DNA of 32,000 nucleotides from Mycoplasma mycoides subsp. capri (GCF_018389705.1 NZ_CP065581.1:390001-422000), one strand, 5' to 3'; positions 1 to 11,932 are shown, counted from the stretch's first letter. Notes: generated by a model from the sequence alone, not told the origin. Numbers and translations: made by a program.

Positions 1-2126
1 CATCATCAAATGGAATAACTGATGCTGAATTAGCTCCAATTAATAATGCAATTAATGATGCAATAGTTTCAAATAGAGATAATAAATTAAAACCAAGTGA
101 AGAAAAAATCATTAAAGAAACTGAAAAGAAAATTGAAGAAAAAATAATAATACCACCTGCTAAAAAAGAAGAAAAAGTTGAAGCAGCAAAACCAATACCA
201 AAACCAGTAGTAAGAAAGCCTGAAACAAAAATAACTTCACCAAAAATAACCAGAAGAAAACAAACTATTACAATTGCTGGAATTGAAGTTGAAGCCGAAA
301 TTGAAGGCCCACCTGGATTTGTAACTCATCAAAGAGATAAAGACAGAAAAATATCAAATCCTACAAGACCTTATCAAAATCATTCAGTTAATAAAATTCT
401 TAGTGTAAAAGTAACAGAAGAATTGAAAAAACAAGTTGCAAAAGATGCTTTATCTGGTGGTAATGGTTATGATGAAGGTGCAGGATTATTTAACAATAGT
501 ATTTTTAATGTATTTAAAGAAGAATTTAATTCTGGTAAGGAATTAAATGATATTTTAAGTACTCTTGAATCAGTAGCACGTCAAAACTCTGGTGCTTTTC
601 AAAATACTTTAGAACGTTATAAAAAATTATTAGATTCACCAAATGTTATAAATTTCTTAAAACCTGAAGCACAAAAAGAATATCCAAAACTAAAATCTAA
701 ATTTCAAACTAAAAATCAAGAATACATTTGATTAATTGCTAATTTAGATCAATCTAAATTCACAAAAATAGCATCAACTTCAGAAAAATATTTAGAAAAA
801 GGACTAACAATTTCTCCAAGAAGTGCATTTATCAACGAAGCTGGTGAAATTGATTCTAATGGTTGAGGACCACCAGATGAATATAATACTGTAACTTCAA
901 GATTAAGAAGAGATAATTCTGAATATAGAGTCTTTGATTATGATGAATATTACAATAGATCATCAGATAGAATAGCAAATGGAACTTATCCAGGTTGAGT
1001 TAAAGAAGATGTTAGTGAAGCATATAGTAAAAAATATAATTTTAAAGCAAGTGATGGTATTAGATTTAGTAAATTAGAAAGAATAAATCCAAATCCAGCA
1101 AAAGGTAAACTTAACTCAGGATTAGTACTAGATTTAGATGTTTCAAATGATGAAGCTTATAGAAGATCTAAGGAATTAATAGAACAATTACAAAAAGATG
1201 GTGAGCAAATCACTTCTTATAGAATAAAAAATATGGGTGAGAAAAACTCTGATCAAGCGTTTAAAGATATACTAGCTGCACTTCCAAAAGACATTCAACA
1301 ATTAGAATTGTTCTTCTCAGATAAAGCAACAAATACAGCTAGTTTAATTGCTTTAGAAAATAAAAATATTAAAGAATTATCATTATACACTAGTGGAAAT
1401 TCATTAAAAAAAGCTTGATCATATAATCCATTAGCTTTAAGAAATACAACTTGAATCAATACAATTGATTATAATGTAAGTGCTGAATATTCTAGTTATG
1501 ACAAAATTACAACTAGAATTACTTTTAATACTTTAGCATTTGATCAAGAAGACTTTAAAAATGGCAGTTATGAAAGAATTAATGATGGATTAAGAATGGT
1601 ATATTATGCAAGAAATAATGAACCATTCTTCCAAGGTGGACACGGACCTGGATTAGAACCTGATAAAAAATTAGGACAAAATAGTTATCCAACAGGTTTA
1701 GACTTTTCAAGAGTTACAGGTATTAAATCATTAAAAGGACTAAGATTTGATGATGATTTAGATACTTCAAATGAACCAAGAAAAATTACTGAATTAACCT
1801 TATATAATAATGAATCTTACTTTGAAATTTCTTCTGATGAATTAAATGTAGCTAACTTAGAACATTTATCAACTGGAAAAGGAAATCCAGAAAAACCAAA
1901 AATTCATTTTAGTAATGGAAATAATACAACAAGCATAAAAATAACTGGAAAAACAAAATTAAACGATGAAGGAAAAAGAAATTTAGACAAATATCTAGAT
2001 TATAATGAAACACTTAAAAATTCAGGAAAGCAAATTCAAGTGCCAAATGATGCTACTGAATTAAGAGACCAGTTAAAAAACTGAGGATATAATGTTGTTA
2101 CTGCAACTGATCGAACATTTACATAG
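1..2126 (+). CDS. Mycoplasma immunoglobulin-binding protein (MIB, protein-M-like surface protein); 5' end truncated by window edge
   Basis: One open frame (codons phased on nt 3) runs from the window edge to TAG 2124-2126. It joins track ORFs 423-731, 1233-1418 and 1596-2084 across six in-frame TGA codons (729, 864, 996, 1416, 1452, 2082), with no TAA/TAG. About 708 aa are visible. A Pro/Lys-rich linker (IIPPAKKEEKVEAAKPIPKPVVRKPE) is followed by a large globular part with LRR-like stretches (..NKNIKELSLYTSGNSLKKAW..). It lies 24 nt upstream of a DUF31 protease lipoprotein gene, which is the canonical MIB-MIP pair order. The family call rests on recollection of MIB/protein M features and on context, not on a database search. 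Confidence 0.7.
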
Positions 2127-2150
2127 TCAACAAAAAGGAATATACAACCT

Positions 2151-4732
2151 ATGAAAAGAATGAATAAATTATTGATGTATATATCATCATCAACACTTTT
2201 ACTCCCGATTACTTTATTAGTTGCTTGTACTACTTCTAAAGTAGTCTCTAAACCTATTGATGACAATGAATTTAATAAACTTATTAATTCTATAAAAACA
2301 GAAGATGATCTTTTAAAATATGCTGATATTAAATTTAAGGATCAAAGAGGTTCTGAAATAAGTAAGGGTAATATATTGCCATCACAATTAAAAAAAGAAG
2401 ACGTAAGTATAATCTTCAAGGGTAAATATAGTGGGCAAATTTTTACAGAAGTCTTAAATGTAAATGCTATTAACCAAGATTCTTCTTTAGGAAATAAAGT
2501 TAATATTTTTGTTCAGTTTACTAATAAGAAAACTGGAACAAAAATACCTACAAGTTTTATTATTAGTGGTCTAAATGAAAACGGTAACTTTGATTTTTCA
2601 GGAACTAGAATTGTAAATGACTTGGATTATTTTGGTGGTCTTAGCGGTTTTAATGATTATAGTAGTAAAACTCAAGAGCAACGATTTGATTATGATAATT
2701 CAAGATATATAACAGGATTAAAAAATCATTTATCAGGCGGAACAGGAACTGTTGACTTAAAAAAACTTAGAGGTTTAGATACAAAAGAAGAACAAATTAC
2801 AACGTTTGAAAATTAGCAAAAGAAGTTAAGTTCGATAGTTATTATAATGCTGCTTTAAAAGGGTTTACGCTACCAGTTTATGATAATTCAGGTAAATTTA
2901 CTGGTCTAAGTGTAAATGATGGACCAGAAATAGGAAAAATTGCTTCTCATGTAGATTCACTTGGGAGAACTGAAAAAGCTAAGACTAATGGTTTAGCTAG
3001 AACTATTCCAAATGATACTTATAGAACGGCTGCAATTCAAACATATCAAGTAAATTTCACAATTTATAAAGACTATGCTAAAGAAATTGAAGAGGCAGAA
3101 GATAGTATTCAATTATTTAGCAAATGAGATGAAAAACAAGTTAAAAGTTATATTTCTGCACAGCTAAATCAATTAAGATCAAACTTTGAAGATGAGGTAT
3201 CTCAAATAGAAAAAGAACTTTCCCAACCTTTAGAAGGTAGAACAACTATAGTAGAAAATCTTAAGAAGAGAAAATCTGAAATAACTGCTGAATATGAAAA
3301 AAATATAAAGGAAATATCATCGCTAAATAAGGATAGTCTTGTAGAATGACAAAAAAAAGAAATTGAAAAATATAAAAAGAAAAAAGAAGAGAAAATTTTT
3401 CAAACTTCTGAATCAGGAACAATGTGAATAATGGATTATATTGATATTAATAATCCAACTAAATTTTATTTTGGTACAAATTCACACGTTGCTAAAGGTA
3501 TAAAAGATGATATGGTTTCATTTTCTTTAACTAGATTAAATTCAGATATAAAAGTAGGCCAAACATTTGGATTAAATAGTGCTGATAAGAATTTTACAAA
3601 ATTTACTTTTGCACCTGCTAAAAAAGAAAATAAACTTAATGAGGCAGTAACAGCTATTTTTCATGCTACTGACTTTATAAAAAAAGAAAGTAGTCCACTT
3701 TCCTTACTTAAAGATGATCAAAAAACTAAGTATAGTGAAGCAGGCTTATTTGCAGATTTTGCAGTTGTTGAAATAGATTTTGAAAAACTTTTAGATACAA
3801 ATAATTTCTCACGTACAGTTTGAAGTGATTCTAGTGATATTTCAAGTAAATATCAAGATAATAAAAATGAATTAATAAAGACAATAACTAACGATTATGC
3901 AATGAGTGGTAAAAAAATTAGTTTTGCATCAGAATCTTTATTAGATGATAAAAATTACAAAAAATTTGATAGAAAACTTGATTTTAATCCTGAAAATTCA
4001 GATGAACTAAAAGCATATAGAGATTTAGATAGTCTATATATTGTAGGTTATCCAACTTCAAATGAAGATTATTATTTAGATCAATACGAAGATGAAAAAC
4101 AACTAAAAAATAAAAAATATGATTTTTCTTTATGAATTAATAATGAATATAAATATTATAAAAAATTAGTTAATGGGGAAGGAACTTCAAGCTCATTCAA
4201 AGATTATGAATTAGAAAAAGGAAACTTTTTCTCTTATCAAATCGGATATAGATCATTTATTGATAAACCTGGACTAACTGATGCATTTTTAGCAGCTAAT
4301 AAAGTTGGCAAAAAATTATATTTTTTAGATGAGCAAAACAAAGGTAAAGCTAAGAAATACTTTAATTATGGTTTAGAAATATTACCAAGATTTTATGCAC
4401 CAGCTGGTGGGGCTAGTGGATCAAGTGTTAGAACAAAAGACAATAAATTATTAGCTGTATACCATGCAGCTAATGGATCAGCTAAAACTGGTTTAGCAGC
4501 TGTATTTAGATCTAATGGTTATGACTATAAAAATCTATTTGGTTCATATAAATTGGGGCAATACGACTTAATTTATGGTGGTGGAAAAGATCAAGAAAAA
4601 GGTAAATCCTATAGAGAAGCCTTATTAAAGAAATATAATAATAGTAGTATGAAAAGTGCATTATTCCCTAGTGGTTTCGATGAAAAACATATTCCTAGTG
4701 AATTTAAATTTGATCACAACAAACAAAAATAA
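2151..4732 (+). pseudogene. Mycoplasma immunoglobulin protease (MIP; DUF31 / S1-like serine protease lipoprotein), reading frame interrupted near nt 2771-2813
   Basis: ATG 2151 encodes MKRMNKLLMYISSSTLLLPITLLVAC (signal peptide plus lipobox LVAC). That frame stops at a genuine TAG 2814-2816 after 221 aa. A second frame is open from 2771 (after TAG 2768-2770) to TAA 4730-4732. It carries the protease signatures SGTMWIMDY..FYFGTNSHVA (His codon 3485-3487), FADFAVVEIDF, and YAPAGGASGSSV (Ser codon 4415-4417). It contains in-frame TGA=Trp at 2807, 3125, 3347, 3425, 3821 and 4133. The span is 2582 nt (3n+2), so adding one nt would give an 860-aa protein. Confidence 0.8.
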
Positions 4733-4762
4733 AACTTTCATCTATTCAAGGAGACAAGATAA

Positions 4763-6226
4763 ATGATTTCTTTAAAAGTTGAACAACAAAAATTTTATGA
4801 TGATGGTTCAAACTTAATACTAGAAACAAAAAAGAATAAAATAGTATCTATTTATAAAACTATTGTTCTTTCATTCTTTTTTGTATCAATGTCATTGTTA
4901 CTATTTTTATCAAATTATTCAATCTTTAATAAAAATATAGAAAATTCATACCAATTTTTATTTAATTTTTCTCAACCAGCATTTGAACAATATAACTGAG
5001 TAGTACTTTTTAGAATTTGTTTATTAGGATTTTTATATTTTTATGGATTAAAAAAAGCTTATATAAATATAGAACCAAATAAACCATATTTAAAACAATA
5101 CACGATTTGATTTAGTTTATATTTAATAACTAGTATTTCTGCATTTATATTATTTTTTACTTATTCACCACTAGAAGCACAAAATATAATTAATCTAATT
5201 TATAGTTTAATCGGTTTATTATTAATAGATATTTCTTATGTGTTATTTAAATATAAAACAAGAAAAAAACTAAACCCATTAGTATATCAAAATAAATGAA
5301 GTTTAATTGTTGATTTAATTAGTAGAACAATTTTAGTTAGTTTAGTTTTAGCTATTTTTCTAGTTTGAATAAATCAAGGTGGAACAACTTATGAAATGCT
5401 AGCTAATAATAAGTTTTATGAATATGTATTAAACTTATTTGGAATTAAAAGCTTTTTAAACTTTTTAATTATTATTACTAGTTTTATATTTATTGGTTTA
5501 TTGTTTATTGGATTAAATATTTATACTATTTTAAAAATAGTTTATAAACAATTTAGTTTTGAAATTATTAGAGATAAGTTGAATTTTTATTTAACTGGAG
5601 TAATTGTTGTATTTATTTGATTAATAAGTTTAGTGTTTTTAAAAATACCATCAACTCATGAAGTATTTGTAAAAAATGATAACTTAGAATATTTATACTT
5701 ATTATTTTCTTTATTAAACATTATTATTACTATTGTTTATTTATGATTTAAACAATTTAAAAATAGATTAAATAGTCCTTTAATTAAAATCAGTTATTTA
5801 ACTATTTTTCATTTTATTATTTGAACTGTATTTATGGTTGCTAGTTTTTTAACAACAAGTTCAACTGTAAGTATGATTAATTTATTAATTACTATTGTTT
5901 TAGTTGCTATTAGTTATTATTGACATATTAAATCATCAAGATTTAACAACTATTATAATTACTTATTAATTACTTTAAATGTAATAATGATTTTTATAAT
6001 AAGTTTAGTATTTGGATTTAATCAAATATTACTATCACATAATAATAAAAATTTATTTATTATTCCTTTAAAAGCTAATTTATTACAAATTATAAGTATT
6101 TTTATAGTAGCATTTCAAATTATTAATGTAATTTATCCATTAACTTATATGTTAATTACAAGTATTAAAATTTCTAAAACTTTTAAAAAGGAGCTAAATC
6201 ATGAAACACAAAAACAAACAAACTAG
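4763..6226 (+). CDS. F1-like ATPase cluster gene 1: polytopic membrane protein (~12 predicted TM helices), no recognisable Fo a/c similarity
   Basis: This joins track ORFs 4763-4999, 5396-5620 and 5987-6226 (same phase) through TGA=Trp codons, and I checked that no TAA/TAG intervenes. It encodes 487 aa. RBS AAGGAG sits upstream of ATG 4763. There are about 12 hydrophobic 18-25-aa stretches, e.g. IVLSFFFVSMSLLLFLS, FLNFLIIITSFIFIGLLFIGL and LLQIISIFIVAFQIINVIYPL. The stop is TAG 6224-6226. Confidence 0.8.
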
Positions 6227-6695
6227 CGATCAATCTTTTATGGTTTTTGATTTATATGAAAAAATAGTTAATGCTAATAATTACATTGATTATCAAAAAC
6301 TACTAGCAACAGTATTATTAGAAAATCAAATCGGATTTGATTCAAAAGTTTATAAAGAATTTGAAAACTCTTATTTACTAGCTTTTAAAAATCATTTTGA
6401 TATTGTTTTAAATGATTTTGTAATTACTTTTAATGTTAATTTAAAAATTAGTAGTGATTTATTAGTACCAATGTTAAGTGAAACTGAAAGTAGTAATACT
6501 GAAGCAATTAATTTAAAAACAAGTAATAATGAACAATATCAAAAGTTTTTAACTACTTATAATAACTATTTTATTTCACTAATTAAACAAGGTTTTTGTG
6601 TTGAAATTTTTCCAAATGTTATTTTATTTAAATCAAAAAACACAGATCATTTAAAAATAATATTTGATAAAACTAAAGTTTTAACTAGAGGTTAA
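6201..6695 (+). CDS. F1-like ATPase cluster gene 2: 164-aa soluble protein of unknown function (possible stalk/adaptor component)
   Basis: This is an intact ORF in the track. A strong RBS AAGGAG lies 7 nt upstream of ATG 6201. The start overlaps the end of the preceding gene by 26 nt, and the stop TAA 6693-6695 is 1 nt before the next start. It has no hydrophobic segment and no motif I recognise. Confidence 0.7.
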   Translation: MKHKNKQTSDQSFMVFDLYEKIVNANNYIDYQKLLATVLLENQIGFDSKVYKEFENSYLLAFKNHFDIVLNDFVITFNVNLKISSDLLVPMLSETESSNTEAINLKTSNNEQYQKFLTTYNNYFISLIKQGFCVEIFPNVILFKSKNTDHLKIIFDKTKVLTRG

Positions 6696-6696
6696 T

Positions 6697-7608
6697 ATGG
6701 ATTTAAAAAAAGTAGAAACCAAGTTAAACAACTTAAAAACTATTCAACAAAGATTAAGTAATGAAAAAAACATTTTATTAATAGATATGATTAAACAAAA
6801 TGCCTTATTAAATTATTATGTTAAAAATGCTTTGTGAAATCAAAACATTATTTCATTACTACAAAATGAATATAAAATTAAAAATAATTTGATTAGTGAG
6901 ATAAAAATTAGTAAAAATAAACTAATTAATAAATTAAAAGACTTTATTTCTCAACCAAAAGAACTTTGAATTTATTTAACTGAAGAACAAAAATACTCAA
7001 CTGATTCTTATTCAAGATATGAAAATCATATTTTAAATAGTATTAAAAAAAATAATGCTGATTTTATTGTTATTGGAGATCGTGCTAAACAGTTTTGTAG
7101 TGATAATAAATTAAATGTCATTTATAATGTTGATCAAAAACAAGCGATTTCAAAACTTTCATGAACACTAACTTTAATTATTAAATTCTTATTTTCTCAA
7201 TATAATTATAAAAGTTTACGCTTTGTAATTAATTCTAATAAAAATAAAGATAATAGTTTTACTATTCTTCCACTAACTAAATTTAATGTAAATAGTTTAA
7301 GTGAAACTGAAACTAAATTTGATTTAGATCATATTAAAGAATTTAAAATCTTTCCAGATATAAATAATTATATTCAAACTCAAATTGATAATTATATAGA
7401 AAATTCAATTCAATCTTTATTAGTTGAATCTTCATTTTATAAAACTAAAAATGAATTAATTAAAACTAATAAAACTATTAATGAAGTAGATGAAGAAATT
7501 AAAAAGCTAAATAAAAAGATTATTAGAATCAAACGTGAAAAAGAAATTGAAGAAATTGTTTTACTAACAAGTAATAATAAGAAATTTTTAATCAGGAGAG
7601 ATCAATAA
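6697..7608 (+). CDS. F1-like ATPase cluster gene 3: gamma-subunit-like protein (303 aa)
   Basis: I translated the frame by hand from ATG 6697 to TAA 7606-7608. It contains three TGA=Trp codons (6835, 6967, 7162) and no TAA/TAG. It is absent from the track because the fragments are short or lack Met. The N-terminus MDLKKVETKLNNLKTIQQ.. and the C-terminus ..IIRIKREKEIEEIVLL resemble the terminal coiled-coil helices of ATP synthase gamma (L.EI..RI.S...T.KIT / ..RQA.IT.E..EIV.G). The size is also gamma-like. The assignment is tentative. Confidence 0.55.
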
Positions 7609-8051
7609 TGGCTTTTAGTGTTGAAATTAATTTTATTGAAAATAAACAAACTATTAATTTTAATAAAGCAATTGTTTATTTTAATGCTGATGAAGAAAAT
7701 GAATGAATTTCATTAACTAATAATTCAATATTAGGATATGAAATTATGTTATTAAAAATTTTAGATCTATCTAATAATCAAGAAAAATATTTATTTGCAA
7801 ACAATGTTAATATTATGGTTAAAAATAATCATATTGTAATTAATACTTTTTCAAAACAAAACTTTTTAGTTAAATCAAATCGTAAAAAAATTTATCAAGA
7901 TCAGTTAAAAGAATTACATAAACAAATTAGTATTTTACAAGCAAATCAAACAATTGGTTTAACAATTGATTCATTATTAGAATTAAAAAAATTAAAAAAT
8001 AAATATTATGTTTTAAAGTTAAAAAATCTATTACAGCTAAAAGGAGAATAA
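7608..8051 (+). CDS. F1-like ATPase cluster gene 4: small epsilon-subunit-like protein (147 aa)
   Basis: ATG 7608 overlaps the upstream stop (TAATG). It is in the same phase as track ORF 7746-8051, joined through one TGA. The N-terminal half looks beta-rich (FSVEINF..AIVYFNA..ISLTNNSILGYE..) and the C-terminal half is a helical K/L-rich segment, as in F1 epsilon. The call rests on size, position and secondary-structure impression only. Confidence 0.45.
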
Positions 8052-8052
8052 T

Positions 8053-10380
8053 ATGAAAAAAAATAAATTATTATCTAAATCATATAAAATAGCTATTCTT
8101 CTTTTAACAGCTACTAGTAGTTTAAGTTTAGCTGCACTAATTAAAAACACTCATCATAATAACAATAATATTGTTTTAAAATTGTATCAAGATGGAAATG
8201 GTGGATCAGGTGGAAGTGGTGGTTCAGGAGCAGTATCAGGTGGAGCTGGATCAAATGGTGGTTCAGGCACAAGTGGTTCAAGTGGAACTAGTGGAACTGG
8301 TGCTAATAGCGGTGGTTCAACCGCGTCAGAATCGCCATTAACGCCGAAAATAGCAGCTGAATTTGATACCTTTAAAGATAAAGCTAAAAAAAAGATTGAG
8401 GAAACTGCAAAACAAGTTTACAAAAGAATAACAACTATTTTAGAAGAAGAATTAAAAAAACTTCCTGATTTAAATAAAAGCACTAAGAAACCTGATGAAT
8501 ATTTTAAAAATTTACAAAAAAGAGTTTATTTAACTGAACTAAAGAAATATTTTGGTAAAGAAGAAGAATTTACTAAGGATATTTCTAAATATGGATTTGA
8601 CGTTACATTTCCAAATGTTATAGCAAATGATAGAAAAGTTGATACTGCTATAGTTAAATTTAATGGTAAAACATACAATAATATTAAAATATCTCCAAGC
8701 GATGAGACAAGAGACTACACAAAAGTAGTAGAAAAAAATGAAAATAATGGTGTTGAAAAAAATAAAAAAGAACAAGATAATGTTGTAACTAGTCATAGAT
8801 TTGATGCTTTATTAAATAATTATGCACAAAGCTGATTAGGTAAACTAAAAGACATTATCTATAAAGAAGATCAAGATCTTCCAGAATTTGGAAAAGATAT
8901 ATTTTTTGATAAATATAAACCTGGCAGTTCAGACTCTTCAACAGATTCATCAAATAATACAACTGTAGTTGATGGTTATACTGTTAAATTAGATCAAAAA
9001 CATAAAGATTGAAACAGTTACATTAAAACCAAAGTTAAAAATAGATTTGTTGATTTTGATTTAAATCAAAATCAAAGTTTTCAGTTTAATACTCAATCAA
9101 GTAATTCAAGTAAACCAACACCACCAAATATTCCTGATCTAAACAAAAAACCACTAGATCCAACTGAAAAAAGAGATCAAAATTCAGTTGAGTACGCTGA
9201 ACAACTTCCTAGATTACAACCAATTTTAAAATGACAATATGCTGATCATAGTAAAGACAGCATACAAAATTCATTTAATTCATCTAATGAAGAAAAAAAT
9301 CCAATGTTTTTCTTTATTAACCCAATTAATACTAGATTTAAATATCATGTAACTTCACTAAGTAATGGTAGAGCTACTGTTAAAATTAAAGATCAAGTTA
9401 AAGATGTTGAAAGAACTTATTATTCTTCAGATATAACTTATGGTGCTGATCCTAGATTTACATTTATTTTAGAAAATCTAACTAAAAAAATTGAAGCTAA
9501 ATTTTTACAACTTTATAAAGCTTTATTATTAGATGAAAAAATTAATTATGTTGAATTAAATAATGATCATTTACAAACAAGTTTATTTGGATTAGTAAAT
9601 CTAGCTACTAGAATAGTTAGTGATTCAAAATATTTAACTGATGTTTTATATAATATAGCAACAAATAAATATCAGTCACTTAGCGATATTTCTAGTGATG
9701 ATGATTATGCTGGATGAATTAATAGAGTTTCAAATCAAGCATTTGCAAGACTATTACATGCAATTAGTGCTTCACAATTAAATAATCAAAATAATCCTTG
9801 AAGTGTTTTAACTGGTGGGTTTAAAAGTGTTCAAGAAATCTATCAAGAACTAGCTAGAGTAACTGATACTAGAAAACAAATTATTAAAAAAGCTAATGAC
9901 TATAATGTTGATTTAAGTCATTTAGATCAAATATATGATTATTTAGATACTTCTATATTAAAAGCTCAAACCAGTGCAAATCAAATTGGAAAAGCTTTAA
10001 ACATTTTAAGTTGATATGATAATTTTACAAATCATGTTAAAGATACATCTGAACATTCAGCTTTATTAAAAGTTTTAACTGATACTTCAGATATTAAAAG
10101 TGATGAGAAAAAAGTACAAGAATTCCAACAAACTTATCAAAAAGCTATTCAAAAACTAGAAGAAAATAACAGAGAAAAGAAAAAACCTTTAATAATTGTT
10201 AGTTCATTATTTTTAGTAATTTCATTATTGTTCATTATAGCAAACACTCTGATATTCTTAATTAAAACTAAACGTAGTAAAAATAAAAATGCTAAATTAA
10301 CATTTATTATTTCAACTACAATTTCAACAATTATTACTATATCTTCAATTATTTTATTAATAATAGGATTGAAAGGATAA
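8053..10380 (+). CDS. F1-like ATPase cluster gene 5: 775-aa membrane protein with one N-terminal and two C-terminal TM helices and a large predicted extracellular domain
   Basis: This joins track ORFs 8053-8835 and 9304-9717 with the unlisted pieces. I checked the frame by hand to TAA 10378-10380 and found only TGA interruptions. RBS AAGGAG is at 8041-8046. The N-terminal region is MKKNKLLSKSYKIAILLLTATSSLSLAALI, followed by a Gly/Ser linker. The C-terminal region is ..KPLIIVSSLFLVISLLFIIANTLIFLIKTKRSKNKNAKLTFIISTTISTIITISSIILLIIGLKG. Confidence 0.8.
8194..8328 (+). repeat. Low-complexity Gly/Ser-rich coding tract (imperfect GGT/GGA/TCA/AGT repeats), locally GC-enriched
   Basis: The tract encodes GNGGSGGSGGSGAVSGGAGSNGGSGTSGSSGTSGTGANSGGSTAS, directly after the N-terminal TM of the 775-aa protein. 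Its composition visibly departs from the surrounding AT-rich DNA. Confidence 0.8.
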
Positions 10381-10384
10381 AACG

Positions 10385-11932
10385 ATGAATATAAAAACAA
10401 ATAGCAAACATACATCACCTAAGATTAGTGCAATCTATGATTATATTGTTGAAGTTAAGGGTGAGTTTGACTATAAACAACAACAAATTTTTACTTCTAA
10501 AAAAAATAAAGAGGCAAGATTATTTTTAATTAGTGCTACAAGTGATACTGCTTATTTATTAGCTAATTTACAAGCTTTAAAACTAACTATTAATGATGAA
10601 TTAGAATTATTAGATAATACTAATGAGATATTTACTTCAAATGAATATTTTGGAAAAGTAATTGATATTTATGGAAATATCATTTTACCTGAACCAAAAA
10701 CTGTTGTTAAAAAAGCTGAAGATATTTCAAGTGAAGTTTTTAAATTAAGTCATGATTTAATGAAAGTTCAAAGATTAAATGAACAATTATATACTGGTTT
10801 AGCTGCTATTGATTTATTAATTCCAATTGGTAAAGGACAACGTGAGTTAATTGTTGGAGATAGACAAACTGGAAAAACTCATATAGCTTTAAATACTATT
10901 ATTAACCAATCTGCTAGAAATATTAAATGTGTTTATGTTGCTATTGGTCAAAAAAAAGAAAGCATTTCAAGAATTTATAATATTTTAGCTCAACATGATG
11001 CTTTAAAAAACACAATTATATTAGATGCTCCAGCTAATAGTAGTTATGAACAATATTTAGCTCCATATATTGGAATGACTCATGCTGAAAATATTTCAAA
11101 TACTGATGATGTTTTAATTATTTTTGATGATCTAACTAAGCATGCAAACATTTTTAGAGAAATTGCTTTATTAAGTAATCGTCCTGTTGGAAAAGAAGCT
11201 ATGCCTGGTGATATGTTTTTTGCTCATTCTCAATTACTAGAACGTGCTGGATCTTATAAAAATAAAAAAACTATTACAGCATTACCAATTATTCAAACTA
11301 TTGATAATGATATTACTAGTTTAATTGCATCAAATGTAATTTCTATTACTGATGGTCAAATTGTTACAAGTAGTAAATTATTTTCACAAGGTATTCTACC
11401 TGCTGTTGATATTGATTTTTCAGTTTCAAGAACTGGTGGAAGTGTACAAGATAAAACTATTAGACAAATTGCTGGTCAAATTAATAAAACATATAGAAAA
11501 TATAAAAGACAATTGAAATTATCAATGTTAGATTATAACTTAAATAGTGAGACTGCTGATTTAATGTATAAAGGTAAAATGATTGATAAATTATTTACTT
11601 CAAAAGGATTTAGTATATTTTCATATAACTTTATTTTAATGATGACTAAAATTATTAATTGATCACTAATTAAAGATATTAAAGATGAACAAAAAGCTTT
11701 AAAATTTATTGATGAATTAATTAATAAATCAGTTGATGGTAAAAAACAATTTGAAATCATTAAATCAGGTAATAATTATGATGATAAAATGATGAAAAAT
11801 TATTTCTTATTTGCTTTAAAAGAATACTCTGATTATGTTGGATTAAATTGAGAAATTGATAATGAATATGACTTCTTATCACTAGATCAGTCATTTTTAG
11901 AAAAAACTGCTAAAAAATTAGGAGATAAATAA
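10385..11932 (+). CDS. F1-like ATPase alpha-like subunit (515 aa)
   Basis: Track ORF 10385-11662 is extended through TGA codons at 11660 and 11849 to TAA 11930-11932. It carries Walker A GDRQTGKT and Walker B-region VLIIFDDLTKHA. It also has PGDMFFAHSQLLERAG, TALPIIQT..NVISITDGQI and DIDFSVSRTGG, which are all canonical alpha-subunit signatures. Confidence 0.9.

Noticed and set aside
2759-2765. An A7 homopolymer just upstream of the MIP frame break looked like the slippage site that causes or rescues the frameshift.
   Set aside because: Any shift into the protease frame at this tract would immediately hit TAG 2768-2770. The switch must occur at or after 2771, so this tract cannot be responsible. 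The A8 run at 3351-3358 is also in frame and irrelevant to the break.
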